DNA of 64,000 nt from Planctomycetota bacterium (GTDB lineage: Bacteria; Planctomycetota; UBA8108; SXIK01): assembly GCA_965223265.1 (NCBI GenBank), contig OZ244999.1:1408001-1472000 (forward strand), in the 5' to 3' direction. Every line of letters starts with the position of its first letter. Positions within the stretch are counted from its first letter, which is position 1. The notes beneath the pieces were generated by a model that did no database searches, was not told the origin of the DNA, and worked only from the letters and a program-made list of their open reading frames with translations. The position numbers were made by a program, and so were the translations under genes. Positions 20,007 through 29,022 of this stretch are shown here, one piece after another.

Positions 20007-20717
20007 ATGTTGCGCGTTCTAGTTTCGTCTTTCGTCGTTCTGGCTTTCGTTACGTTCACGCAGACAGCCTCGGCTCAGTCCTTGGGACGCTCGAGTGCGG
20101 TCCGGGCGAACCTTGATCTCCCGTTCAACGCCGCTCGCGACAACGCGGACGAGCAGATCACCTCTGACGTCGTGCCGTTGTTCGGAAACAGCTATGAAGC
20201 CCAAGCTGTTGTGTTTCTGGTCGGCTCTTCGAATGGGGCCACGAATCAAACGACGAAGGACCAGTTACGCTCCGCGATCGCGTCTCTCTCACCGAGGACT
20301 CGTTTCGCTGTCGTGAGCGTGGAATCCACTACTCTCCGGTCCTACCCTCCGCAATCAACGTTGGTGCCGGCGAGCGCCAGGAACAAAGTTGCGGCGAAAC
20401 AGTTCATCGAGTCGGTGCGGGAAGGCTCGGGCTCGAATCTTGTCGACGGTTTCGCTGCGAGTTTGGCACGAGCGACGAAAGAACAAGGACGGCGGCGACT
20501 GGTCATCTATGTGGGCTCAGGTCGCCGTGCGAACGGCGTCGCCGCGATGAAGTCGGCCATGGCCTCTGTGAATAGCCTGAATTCTTCGCGGGTGGCCGAG
20601 ATCCATACGGTAGCCGTCGGCAGCTACGGTCCGTGCCAGAGGAAGTTTCTCCACGACGTGGCTGAATCGCACCGCGGAACATACACTGAGCGTGGGACTC
20701 GGCGTAGCGCCGATTGA
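20007..20717 (+). CDS. Secreted VWA-domain protein with degenerate MIDAS
   Basis: GGAGG RBS, signal peptide, VVFLVGSS, FAVVS, IHTVAVG, FLHDVAESHRGTY. Confidence 0.75.
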   Translation: MLRVLVSSFVVLAFVTFTQTASAQSLGRSSAVRANLDLPFNAARDNADEQITSDVVPLFGNSYEAQAVVFLVGSSNGATNQTTKDQLRSAIASLSPRTRFAVVSVESTTLRSYPPQSTLVPASARNKVAAKQFIESVREGSGSNLVDGFAASLARATKEQGRRRLVIYVGSGRRANGVAAMKSAMASVNSLNSSRVAEIHTVAVGSYGPCQRKFLHDVAESHRGTYTERGTRRSAD

Positions 20718-20774
20718 GTCTGTCCTAACGCGAGACACGGCAGCGGCGAGAGGTCCGAAGCGGGCCGTTGTCAG

Positions 20775-22145
20775 TTACAACGACCACCCGTCGCGATACT
20801 CCTTGTGGACGAACGCGTTCAGCTCTGGGGCGTTTTTGACTTTCATCCGTTCGCTGTCCCACTCCAGCCGTTGACCGGGGGAGCGCTGGGCGAGGACGCC
20901 GAGTAATACGGTTTCCGTCATCGGCCCTGAGTAGCCAAAGTTGGACACGGCAGTTCCTTGTCCCTTGCAGGCGAGAAGCCACTCGTTGTGATGCCCCGGC
21001 GAGCGCGGCAGCGTCTTGGGGACGGTGCGTGCTTCCTCCATGAGCCCCGCAGGCAATAGCTGCGGCATGCCGCCGTGCGAGCCGTGATACATCTTGCCCT
21101 TGCTGCCTACGTAGAGGACGCCGTTTCCCGGCAAGCGCTGACCGTTCGACATCTCGTCTGGCGTTGGCGGCATTAGCCCGCCCTCGTACCACGTCATCTT
21201 CACTGGCGGTAGGGATCCGCGTGCCGGAAACTCGTAGTACATCAGTCCGGCGATTGGATACGACTCGAAGTTCCGTTCGCCGTCGATTTTCGCGCCGTCC
21301 GAAGTCAGCACTGCCTCGACTGTCGTTGGGGCACCTAGGTTTAAAGCCCACACCGGATGGTCGACGATGTGGCAGCCCATATCACCCATGGCACCAGTGC
21401 CGAAGTCCCACCAGCCTCGCCACTTCCTCGGGGCGTACGCTGGGTGGTACGGACGCGCCGGCGCAGGTCCGAGCCACAGGTTCCAATCGAGAGTGTTCGG
21501 AATCGGCGGCGTCTCCGCCGGGCGACTCAGTCCCTGCTTCCAGTAGGTGCCGGGGCGATCAGTCCAGACGTGAACCTCACGGACGTCCCCGATCACGCCA
21601 CCTTGAATCCACTCGTTGGTCAGGCGGGCTCCCTCGCTCGCATGACCCTGATTTCCCATCTGCGTCACGACGTTGTGTTTGGCCGCAGCGATGGTCAATT
21701 GGCGAGCTTCGTAGATCGTGTGTGTCAGTGGCTTCTCGCAGTAAACGTGCTTACCACGTCGCATTGCGTCCATCGACGCCACGGCGTGAATGTGATCCGG
21801 CGTGCCCACCGTCACCGCATCGATGTTCTTCTCTTCGCGATCGAGCATGGAGCGAAAGTCTTTGTAGACTGGGGCGCTAGAGTACTTTTTGAATGTGTTC
21901 GCGGCCCGCTCATGGTCGACGTCGCAGAGTGCGACGACGTTAGCACCCGCCTCGCCCATCCGTCTGATGTCACCACCCCCTTGTCCTCCGCACCCGATGC
22001 CCGCGACGTTGACGCGCTCACTAGGTGGCGTCTTACCAGGACCACCCAACACCGTGCTGGGGGCGATGGTGAACGAAAACGCGGAAGCTGCTGCCGTCGA
22101 TGCCAAGAATTGGCGACGGGACACGGAGCGCTTTTCTGTCGGCAT
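20775..22145 (-). CDS. Gfo/Idh/MocA family oxidoreductase (Tat signal)
   Basis: SRRQFL, IGCGGQG, TPDHIH, VYCEKPL, GDMGCH. Confidence 0.93.
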   Translation of the reverse strand: MPTEKRSVSRRQFLASTAAASAFSFTIAPSTVLGGPGKTPPSERVNVAGIGCGGQGGGDIRRMGEAGANVVALCDVDHERAANTFKKYSSAPVYKDFRSMLDREEKNIDAVTVGTPDHIHAVASMDAMRRGKHVYCEKPLTHTIYEARQLTIAAAKHNVVTQMGNQGHASEGARLTNEWIQGGVIGDVREVHVWTDRPGTYWKQGLSRPAETPPIPNTLDWNLWLGPAPARPYHPAYAPRKWRGWWDFGTGAMGDMGCHIVDHPVWALNLGAPTTVEAVLTSDGAKIDGERNFESYPIAGLMYYEFPARGSLPPVKMTWYEGGLMPPTPDEMSNGQRLPGNGVLYVGSKGKMYHGSHGGMPQLLPAGLMEEARTVPKTLPRSPGHHNEWLLACKGQGTAVSNFGYSGPMTETVLLGVLAQRSPGQRLEWDSERMKVKNAPELNAFVHKEYRDGWSL

Positions 22146-22427
22146 GGTCAGTCCTCGAGAGGAAGATGAAGTGTCGGGGGCGCTACTGCTTGGAGGTACA
22201 TCTCACCACCACGTCGCTATCAGTGCTGGCGAATTATACTGTACAAAGATGCGCCGACTTCATCTATGACTCGAAGTCGCCGAAAGTTGGGTTTCGTCTG
22301 GGCGGCAAAGCGTGCCAGGCGGGTCACGGTCGCGACGTCAGGTGCCGTTTGTACACGAGCCGCTCGAAGTAGATTCGAAGCGGTGAGTCCCGATGTGAAC
22401 GACGCTGACCATGCCCGGCGGTCATGA

Positions 22428-23315
22428 TCAGCGCGACTTGCGCTTGATTTTCTTGGCGACGCGGGCGGCAGTCTGAGACGCCTCGAGGGGACTGAAATCC
22501 TTCTTGATCTGTCGCAAGAGTGACAGAGCCTTCTTGCGCTCTCCCTTCGACGCAAGCTCCTGTGCCTCTTTGATGCGTGCTTCGCCGAGCGCGTTCGCTC
22601 CAGACGCGATGGGGGATAGGCGTTTCATAGTGCGCTCGGAGGCATAGATTTTGTGAGTCTCGATATGCCGCAGATACTTCATCACCGTTTCGATGTTTCC
22701 GGCTTCTAGCTCTCCGCTGAGAAGCGGTAGATCTGTGTCAAGAGCAGCCGCCATTTGACGTTTGTAGCCAATCATGCGCATCGCACCGGACACAGACTTC
22801 GGACCCGCGATGGGCGCAAGGTGTAGGAGGCTGCCGTCCGGCTCGAGAAAAATCAGCGCTTTCCTGCCTTTCTTCAAGGCGTACTTCTTGGCAAGCAACG
22901 TCCCCGTCACCGAGTCGGCGTAGGTCCAGTACCAACGAAAATCGCCCAGCACCTCCTTCACAGCCTGTTGGTGGAAATAGGAGAAGTCTGTTTTCGCTAG
23001 ATTCGATTGCTCGACGCTGACCTTCTGAGGCGTGACGTAGAAGACCGCGGGGAGGAGCGGTGAGCCCTTGGGGGCACCGAGGCGTTCACCGCGCGTCACG
23101 AGGCGGTCAAAATCTGCCTGGCTCTTGACCTTGCGAGGGCTCCGCCACGGCGAGTTTTCGAACTCGACGCGGACGACGCCGCTCGATCTGGGACCCTGAC
23201 GGGGGAACTTGATCCCGTACATGGTGACTTCGCCGGCTGCGAGCTCGGGCGACACAGATGACAGAGCGGCCGCGAGCGTCAAGACGGAGGCGAGGACGAA
23301 GAAGAGACTCTTCAT
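22428..23315 (-). CDS. Secreted hypothetical protein
   Basis: Signal peptide; Lys-rich helical C-terminus; possibly a thioredoxin-like fold without CxxC (weak). Confidence 0.7.
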   Translation of the reverse strand: MKSLFFVLASVLTLAAALSSVSPELAAGEVTMYGIKFPRQGPRSSGVVRVEFENSPWRSPRKVKSQADFDRLVTRGERLGAPKGSPLLPAVFYVTPQKVSVEQSNLAKTDFSYFHQQAVKEVLGDFRWYWTYADSVTGTLLAKKYALKKGRKALIFLEPDGSLLHLAPIAGPKSVSGAMRMIGYKRQMAAALDTDLPLLSGELEAGNIETVMKYLRHIETHKIYASERTMKRLSPIASGANALGEARIKEAQELASKGERKKALSLLRQIKKDFSPLEASQTAARVAKKIKRKSR

Positions 23316-23580
23316 GGCTGGACCCCTAAGAACGATGGTCGTCGATGAAAGACAAAGTTCCTGTCGGGGAGCCTAAGGTCGCATCCGGGCGCTTGCAAAT
23401 GAGATTCTCGAAAACCCGCTGCACGGTCCACATCGAGACTGATTCATAAACCCAGCATAGCTTCCAGATACTCTATGCGATCGAGCGGTATTGACTCGCC
23501 ATCTATTAGCTCATAGCCTGGCCCCGATCTGGCGCAACACGTAGACGGAACGTATTCGAACCGGAGGCACGATACTCGAG

Positions 23581-24331
23581 ATGAATGAGCAGAATCCGTA
23601 CCAGGCTCCAGAGGGCGAAAGCTTAGAGCTCTCCCTTCGCCTCGGTGAAGGTGAGTTCCGAGTCGGTCGATGCCTCTCAGAGGCCTTCGAAGCCACGAAA
23701 GCGAACTTTCTTCTCCTGCTTGGGGGGTTTCTGTTGTTGTTTCTGTGCGCCATTGCCGCGGTGTTCACGATCATTGGCTACTTCGCCATCATTCCGGTGC
23801 TCTTTTGGGGAGCCATTCGTTTCTTGCTGAACGTTCTCGACGGCAACGGAAAGATCGCCGATTTGTTCGAAGGATTCTCGAACTATGTGACTGTGCTCCT
23901 TCGCATGTTGCTTTTTTTTCGTGCTGTTTGCGATCCCTGGCTTGCTGGCCCAGGGCATCGTATTTCTTGCGACGTGGCTCGAATCTATAGAATTGACGAT
24001 CATCGGTGCGATTTTCATTCTCGTGCTGAATCTTCTGATGCTGCGCCTTTATTCTTCTCCGATGTTCATCGTCGACCAAGGGGTACCTGCTCTGGAGTCG
24101 ATTAAATTGGCATGGAAGAGCACCACAGGTCTCTCTGTTCGGACGTTGCTTTTGGCGCTCGTCAGCGGCGTCATCGTTGTCGCGGGCGTACTCTGCTTGT
24201 ACGTGGGAGTGCTATTCGCTCTGCCGCTCGCCTACTTGATGTGGGTTTCCGCCTACCGGCAGATGACGACGTTGGCAGAGGAGGACGTCGAAGACATTCA
24301 CGGGGTGGACACCGTCGGGGGCGGCGAGTGA
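23581..24331 (+). pseudogene. Integral membrane protein split by a +1 frameshift in a T8 run (23912-23919); possibly a sequencing error
   Basis: NPYQAP N-terminus and TM helices in ORF 23581; continuation ...ALESIKLAWKST...CLYVGVLFALP in ORF 23921. Removing one T joins them (LLFFVLFAIPG). Confidence 0.8.
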
Positions 24332-24534
24332 AACGCGCTCGCACCGATCAGCCTACAGCCGATCAGCACGTCGTTTGACGACCGTAGCAAACGTTGTCGT
24401 CACTCCGGCACGATGGTCGGCCTGCGCTCAGGGCGACAAACATTTCCAAGGCGGTCGTGGAGGTTGTGGCGACCCTCGACCACTGAGCGCGGCGAGGTTC
24501 GGTCAATCCAGTCTTCTGTTATACAAGAGGTTCG

Positions 24535-26394
24535 ATGCCATTTCGCGGTAAGAGAGTTGCCTACGCCACGGCTACCGCCGGCGTTCTCATCGTCATTCTT
24601 GGCGCCGTGTTCTATCGTTCTTTCTTGGTGGAGTCGTACTCTCTTTGGAGGTTGCGCTCAAGCGACACGGAAGCTAGGGACGCTGCGGTTGAGAGGTTGG
24701 CGCGGGTCGGTACTGAGAGATCTCTCTCCGGGCTGTGGCAGGCTTTGGCTGACTCGGTTGAATCCTCTCGCGACGCGACGTTAGCACAGAAAATAGTCGG
24801 CGCTTTGAGTTCCGTTGAGGCTCGCGTTCGTACGAGGCCAGGCACGGTCCTTCTGCGGTGCTTTTGGCGTACCGACGAGCCGCTGAAGCGTCGATCGGCG
24901 GTTGTCCGTTTTTTGATGGAGTCCATGCCGGAAGCTCTCGCGCCGGTGATCGGCGCGATGATCGAGCACGTTCATGGCGCTGCTCACACCGAAGAGTATC
25001 GCACCCCATCGTCAGCGGAGCTTCGCTACAGGCGCAGACTCAACGAATTGCCGCGCGACGACGCGTTTCAGTACTCCTGCTCGGCACTGCATGACTCGGA
25101 AGACATCGCTACCATTGCAGCAGTGCTAAAGGACCTGAGAGAGGTGTCGCGATCTTTGGGGAAGGCGCCAGTAGCATTGAGACATGTCGAGCGCTTTCTT
25201 GCCGAAGAACCTTTGGCTTCCGCTGCCTATCAGGATGCATTTCTGACGAAAGCCTTTCTGCTGGACCCAACCCCTTCGAATTCCGATTTGTTTCGCGCTG
25301 CGCATTCGAAAGGGTGGAAGACGTATGGCGAAAAGGATCCTCTCTACGCCTACAAAAGAGCCTTGTTCAAGCATGATCCCGCGCAATTCCCTTCGACCTT
25401 TCTGAACCTCTCGTTGGAGGACAAGAGTGGAGAGATCTACCGAAACGTCGGGGACTATCTGACCATGTTCGCCTGCCGGCGCCTTTGGCCGGAGCGTACC
25501 CGGGCACCAGAGTTCTCAGCTATGGCGAACATCCTTCCGAGGCTAGAAGTCGAGAGTGCTACGTTGCCGGCACGACTCGCGCGGGCGATATGCTTGCTTC
25601 TTGACCGCCGCTATGGCGAGTCTCTCTCGATTCTCGAGGAGATCGAGGCCTCGCTCTCCGCATCTCGTGCGGCAAAGGAATCCGACAGGTTCGAGGACGA
25701 CGAATGGCGCAACTTGCCGCTGTATGTTGCCGCCGTTCAGCTCCTGAAGGGGGCGTCGAAGCCAGAGGTGCAGGCGCCGCTTGCGGAGTTCGCGGATCGA
25801 AATCGTCGCCGTCCGGACTTTGTCGCCCAACGGGCCATGCGGATCAGTTCGACCATCTACCGTCAGCAAGGGCACGGAGTGGACTTTCCCGTGACGAGTT
25901 TCCTCGTCGAGAGGTTTCTCACCGACGAGAGTTTCGTCCGTCAGGTGCGCAAAAGGTATCTTTGGCACGTCGTTGACGTCTTTGTCACGAGTTCTCCTTT
26001 CTCCGGTCAAGCGAAGTACCTCATCCGCAAAGACAGCACGGATTCCATAGACCCGTCGAATCACCCAGGGCGATTCGACAATCTCTTCGTAGCTGCATAC
26101 AACTACATGTTGTACCAGGCGGGGAACGACCAGAGGGGGCGAGGCGATTTGGAGCTTGCAGAGGCCACTTTCCGTCGCATGTTGGAGTTCAATCGATCTG
26201 GTAGGTGGAACCGCGTTGCACGCGCCGAGCTGGTACAAACACTGATTGCAAGTGATCGCCCGGTAGATGAAATCCTGCCGCTAACCGAACGATTGGTGGG
26301 CTACGGTCTATCCGACGAGGGATGGGAGATGCTTCTCGAGCGAGCCGCACTAATGTTTCAGAGGTATCAACAGTCCCGATCGCCGACGAGATAG
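24535..26394 (+). CDS. Membrane-anchored helical-repeat (HEAT/TPR-like) hypothetical protein
   Basis: N-terminal TM, RDAAVERLARVG HEAT-like repeat, TPR-like C-terminus. Confidence 0.7.
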   Translation: MPFRGKRVAYATATAGVLIVILGAVFYRSFLVESYSLWRLRSSDTEARDAAVERLARVGTERSLSGLWQALADSVESSRDATLAQKIVGALSSVEARVRTRPGTVLLRCFWRTDEPLKRRSAVVRFLMESMPEALAPVIGAMIEHVHGAAHTEEYRTPSSAELRYRRRLNELPRDDAFQYSCSALHDSEDIATIAAVLKDLREVSRSLGKAPVALRHVERFLAEEPLASAAYQDAFLTKAFLLDPTPSNSDLFRAAHSKGWKTYGEKDPLYAYKRALFKHDPAQFPSTFLNLSLEDKSGEIYRNVGDYLTMFACRRLWPERTRAPEFSAMANILPRLEVESATLPARLARAICLLLDRRYGESLSILEEIEASLSASRAAKESDRFEDDEWRNLPLYVAAVQLLKGASKPEVQAPLAEFADRNRRRPDFVAQRAMRISSTIYRQQGHGVDFPVTSFLVERFLTDESFVRQVRKRYLWHVVDVFVTSSPFSGQAKYLIRKDSTDSIDPSNHPGRFDNLFVAAYNYMLYQAGNDQRGRGDLELAEATFRRMLEFNRSGRWNRVARAELVQTLIASDRPVDEILPLTERLVGYGLSDEGWEMLLERAALMFQRYQQSRSPTR

Positions 26395-26486
26395 AGCTCA
26401 ACGCGAGACATACAAAAACGTATAGTTTCGACCGCAGTTCTTGGAGAATTGGGCGGCTTCCAACGACCGCCGCGAGAAGCGTCACT

Positions 26487-27020
26487 ATGCGCGAGAACCA
26501 CGAGCGCGAGCAGTACTTCTTTGACGCACCGACGCTGGCACATCTGACCGCGTTCGTCTCGAAGTTCGCGGCGCCGTGTTGTGTCTGCGCGCCGTTTCTA
26601 GGTCGTCGTCTCTCTGAGGAAGGAGTCTCCGTCACGATTCTTGACATCGACGAGCGCTTCGCCGACCTGCCAGGATTCATGCGGTACGATATCCGCAAAC
26701 CTGTGTGGCTCGATCAAACGTTCGATCTCATCGTGTGCGATCCGCCGTTTTTCGACGTTTCCCTCTCCCAGCTTTTCTCAGCCCTGCGCACAGTGAGCCA
26801 CAATGATTTTCGGCAGCCTCTTCTCATCAGCTACCTGACGCGCCGTGAGTCCGCCCTTCTTGGCATCTTCGCGCCGTTTTCGCTGCGTAGTACCGGCTAC
26901 CGCCCGAAGTACGAGACGGTTCGCGATGATCCGAAGAATGAGATAGAGTTCTATGGCAACTTGGACGTATCCGATTCCGAGAGGCTTGCGGGGCGCATTG
27001 ACGGAAAAACCATGCCATGA
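26487..27020 (+). CDS. SAM-dependent methyltransferase of the N6-adenineMlase (EEF1AKMT1/N6AMT2/Efm5-like) family
   Basis: EQYFF, CCVCAP, LDIDERF, RYD-x-x-x-P, FDLIVCDPPF, NEIEFYGN follow the family motif order. Start ATG 26487. Confidence 0.8.
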   Translation: MRENHEREQYFFDAPTLAHLTAFVSKFAAPCCVCAPFLGRRLSEEGVSVTILDIDERFADLPGFMRYDIRKPVWLDQTFDLIVCDPPFFDVSLSQLFSALRTVSHNDFRQPLLISYLTRRESALLGIFAPFSLRSTGYRPKYETVRDDPKNEIEFYGNLDVSDSERLAGRIDGKTMP

Positions 27021-27084
27021 TCGAACCACAGGGTGGACTCGTAGAGAAGCGGCAAGCCCAATGCTTTGACCAAAGGAGGTCGCG

Positions 27085-28722
27085 GTGTCTGAAACGACGA
27101 CAAGGAAGCCCACAAAAGTAGCAACGTGGAGCCGACTCCAGGACCGCGAGCCCGCCTACGCGCTGGTTGCTGATGTCGACTTGGTTGTCATTCGGTTCGA
27201 CGACGAAGTCTCGGTGCTCTTTGGGCGCTGTCTCCATCGCGGCGCGCTTCTCTCCGACGGATACGTCGATGGCGACAATCTGTTCTGCGGTGTGCATGCA
27301 TGGGACTATCGTGTCGACACCGGCGTGAGCGAATACAACAACGCCGAAGCGCTGCAGAGGTTTGACGCATGGATCGACGCCGGCGCCGACTCAGTGTTCG
27401 TCGACGAAAACGACGTGCGCAGATGGGCGAAGGAGCATCCTCAGCCGTACCGGCGTGACGAATATCTAGGGCTTTACCAGGACGTTCACGGTACCGAGGA
27501 GGAGCCTCAGAACAAATACATCCAGCGCCTCGCGCGGGAGGGACTGAGCAAGCTCGGGCATCATGGACCCACGAGTGCGATGGGAGTCGCTCAGACGGAG
27601 TTGCCTCGGTGGGATCAGATTCAAATCCTCACGGCACAGCTCGCGCGTAAGCCACTCCAGGACGACGTCGTTGTTGGCACAAAGTTGGTCATCGGGCCGC
27701 GTGCCAAGAAGCCCCTTGAGCTGCAGATTCCTCTCTTCGTCAGCGACATGAGCTTTGGCGCCTTGAGCGAAGAGGCGAAGGTGGCGTTGGCGCGAGGAGC
27801 CGAGTTCGCCGGCACCGGCATCTGTTCCGGTGAGGGAGGCATGCTGCCCGACGAGCAGGCTGCCAATAGCCGTTACTTCTACGAGCTCGCTTCGGGACGT
27901 TTTGGCTGGTCACTCGACAAGGTGGCGAAGTGTCAAGCCTTTCACTTCAAGTCTGGCCAAGGTGCGAAGACTGGAACAGGTGGGCACCTGCCCGCAAGCA
28001 AAGTGATCGGCCGTATCGCTGAAGTGCGAGGACTTCCGGAGGGCCAGGCGGCGGTGAGCCCGCCGACGTTTGTGGATCTGAACGCGCCTGACGATTACCG
28101 GCGTGTCGCCGATGAAGTGCGCGAGGCAACCGGCGGCATTCCAGTCGGTTTCAAGATGTCCGCCCAGCACATCGAAAAGGACATCGACTTCGCACTCGCT
28201 GCCTCAGCTGACTACATCATCCTCGATGGCCGCGGTGGTGGTACCGGCGCTGCCCCCGACATCTTCAAGAACAATATCTCGGTGCCGACGATGGCCGCCA
28301 TCGCTCGCGCCCGGCGACACCTCGATGCGGTTGGCGCCGCCGCGGTGACGCTGATCGCGACCGGTGGCTTGCGAACGGACGCCGACTTCGTCAAGGCGAT
28401 GGCCTTGGGCGCGGACGGTGTCGCGGTCTCGAACAGCGCCCTTCAGGCCATCGGCTGTCTCGGAATGCGTGCCTGCAACACGAACAACTGCCCGGTCGGC
28501 ATCGCGACCCAAAAGTCAGAGCTGCGAGCGCGATTCGTGGTCGAAAAGTCTGCCGAGCGATTGAAGAATTTTTTTGACGCCACCACTGCTCTCATGTGCG
28601 TGCTCGCTCGCGCCTGCGGCCATGATCACCTTTCGAGTCTTAACCCTAGCGACTTGACGACGTTCGATCGCGACCTAGCCGCGCTGACAGGCGTTCGATA
28701 CGGGGGAGTCGTAGCGCCGTGA
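27085..28722 (+). CDS. Rieske [2Fe-2S] + FMN-dependent glutamate synthase-like protein
   Basis: AAGGAGGT RBS + GTG; CLH...CGVH (Rieske); MSFGALS, SGEGG, QGAKTGTGG, DGRGGGTGAAP, CLGMRACNTNNCPVG (Fe-S). Confidence 0.92.
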   Translation: MSETTTRKPTKVATWSRLQDREPAYALVADVDLVVIRFDDEVSVLFGRCLHRGALLSDGYVDGDNLFCGVHAWDYRVDTGVSEYNNAEALQRFDAWIDAGADSVFVDENDVRRWAKEHPQPYRRDEYLGLYQDVHGTEEEPQNKYIQRLAREGLSKLGHHGPTSAMGVAQTELPRWDQIQILTAQLARKPLQDDVVVGTKLVIGPRAKKPLELQIPLFVSDMSFGALSEEAKVALARGAEFAGTGICSGEGGMLPDEQAANSRYFYELASGRFGWSLDKVAKCQAFHFKSGQGAKTGTGGHLPASKVIGRIAEVRGLPEGQAAVSPPTFVDLNAPDDYRRVADEVREATGGIPVGFKMSAQHIEKDIDFALAASADYIILDGRGGGTGAAPDIFKNNISVPTMAAIARARRHLDAVGAAAVTLIATGGLRTDADFVKAMALGADGVAVSNSALQAIGCLGMRACNTNNCPVGIATQKSELRARFVVEKSAERLKNFFDATTALMCVLARACGHDHLSSLNPSDLTTFDRDLAALTGVRYGGVVAP

Positions 28723-28900
28723 GAGGCGAAGCTAGCACGCGGAAACGGCGTCGTGACTGTCGTTTTCTTCCCTGCTTTCTGCATGATCTGCGCTGCCCGG
28801 GTCATGCGTCTCGCGAGAGCGAGACGCAACAGCATTCAAGTCGGTTTGGGCCAGGTTTCCGACTCCTGGGATTGACTGAACGTTCACAGCGCGTTGAACG

Positions 28901-28941
28901 AAGCGCCGGAGCTGATCAAGTTTTGATCGACTCCGGCGCTT
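28901..28941. terminator. Strong hairpin between convergent genes, probably a bidirectional terminator
   Basis: AAGCGCCGGAG / CTCCGGCGCTT perfect 11-bp outer stem plus GATCAA / TTGATC inner stem. Confidence 0.6.
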
Positions 28942-29022
28942 TGCTCTGCAAACAAGGTGGTGCCTTTTTGATGCGGCCGAAATGAAGTTTCAGTCGCAGG
29001 CAGGGCTGTGACCTCGATCCGA

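Noticed and set aside
26322-27020. Restriction-modification DNA methyltransferase
   Set aside because: Too small, no FxGxG motif or target-recognition domain, and no adjacent nuclease; fits the EEF1AKMT1-like family better.
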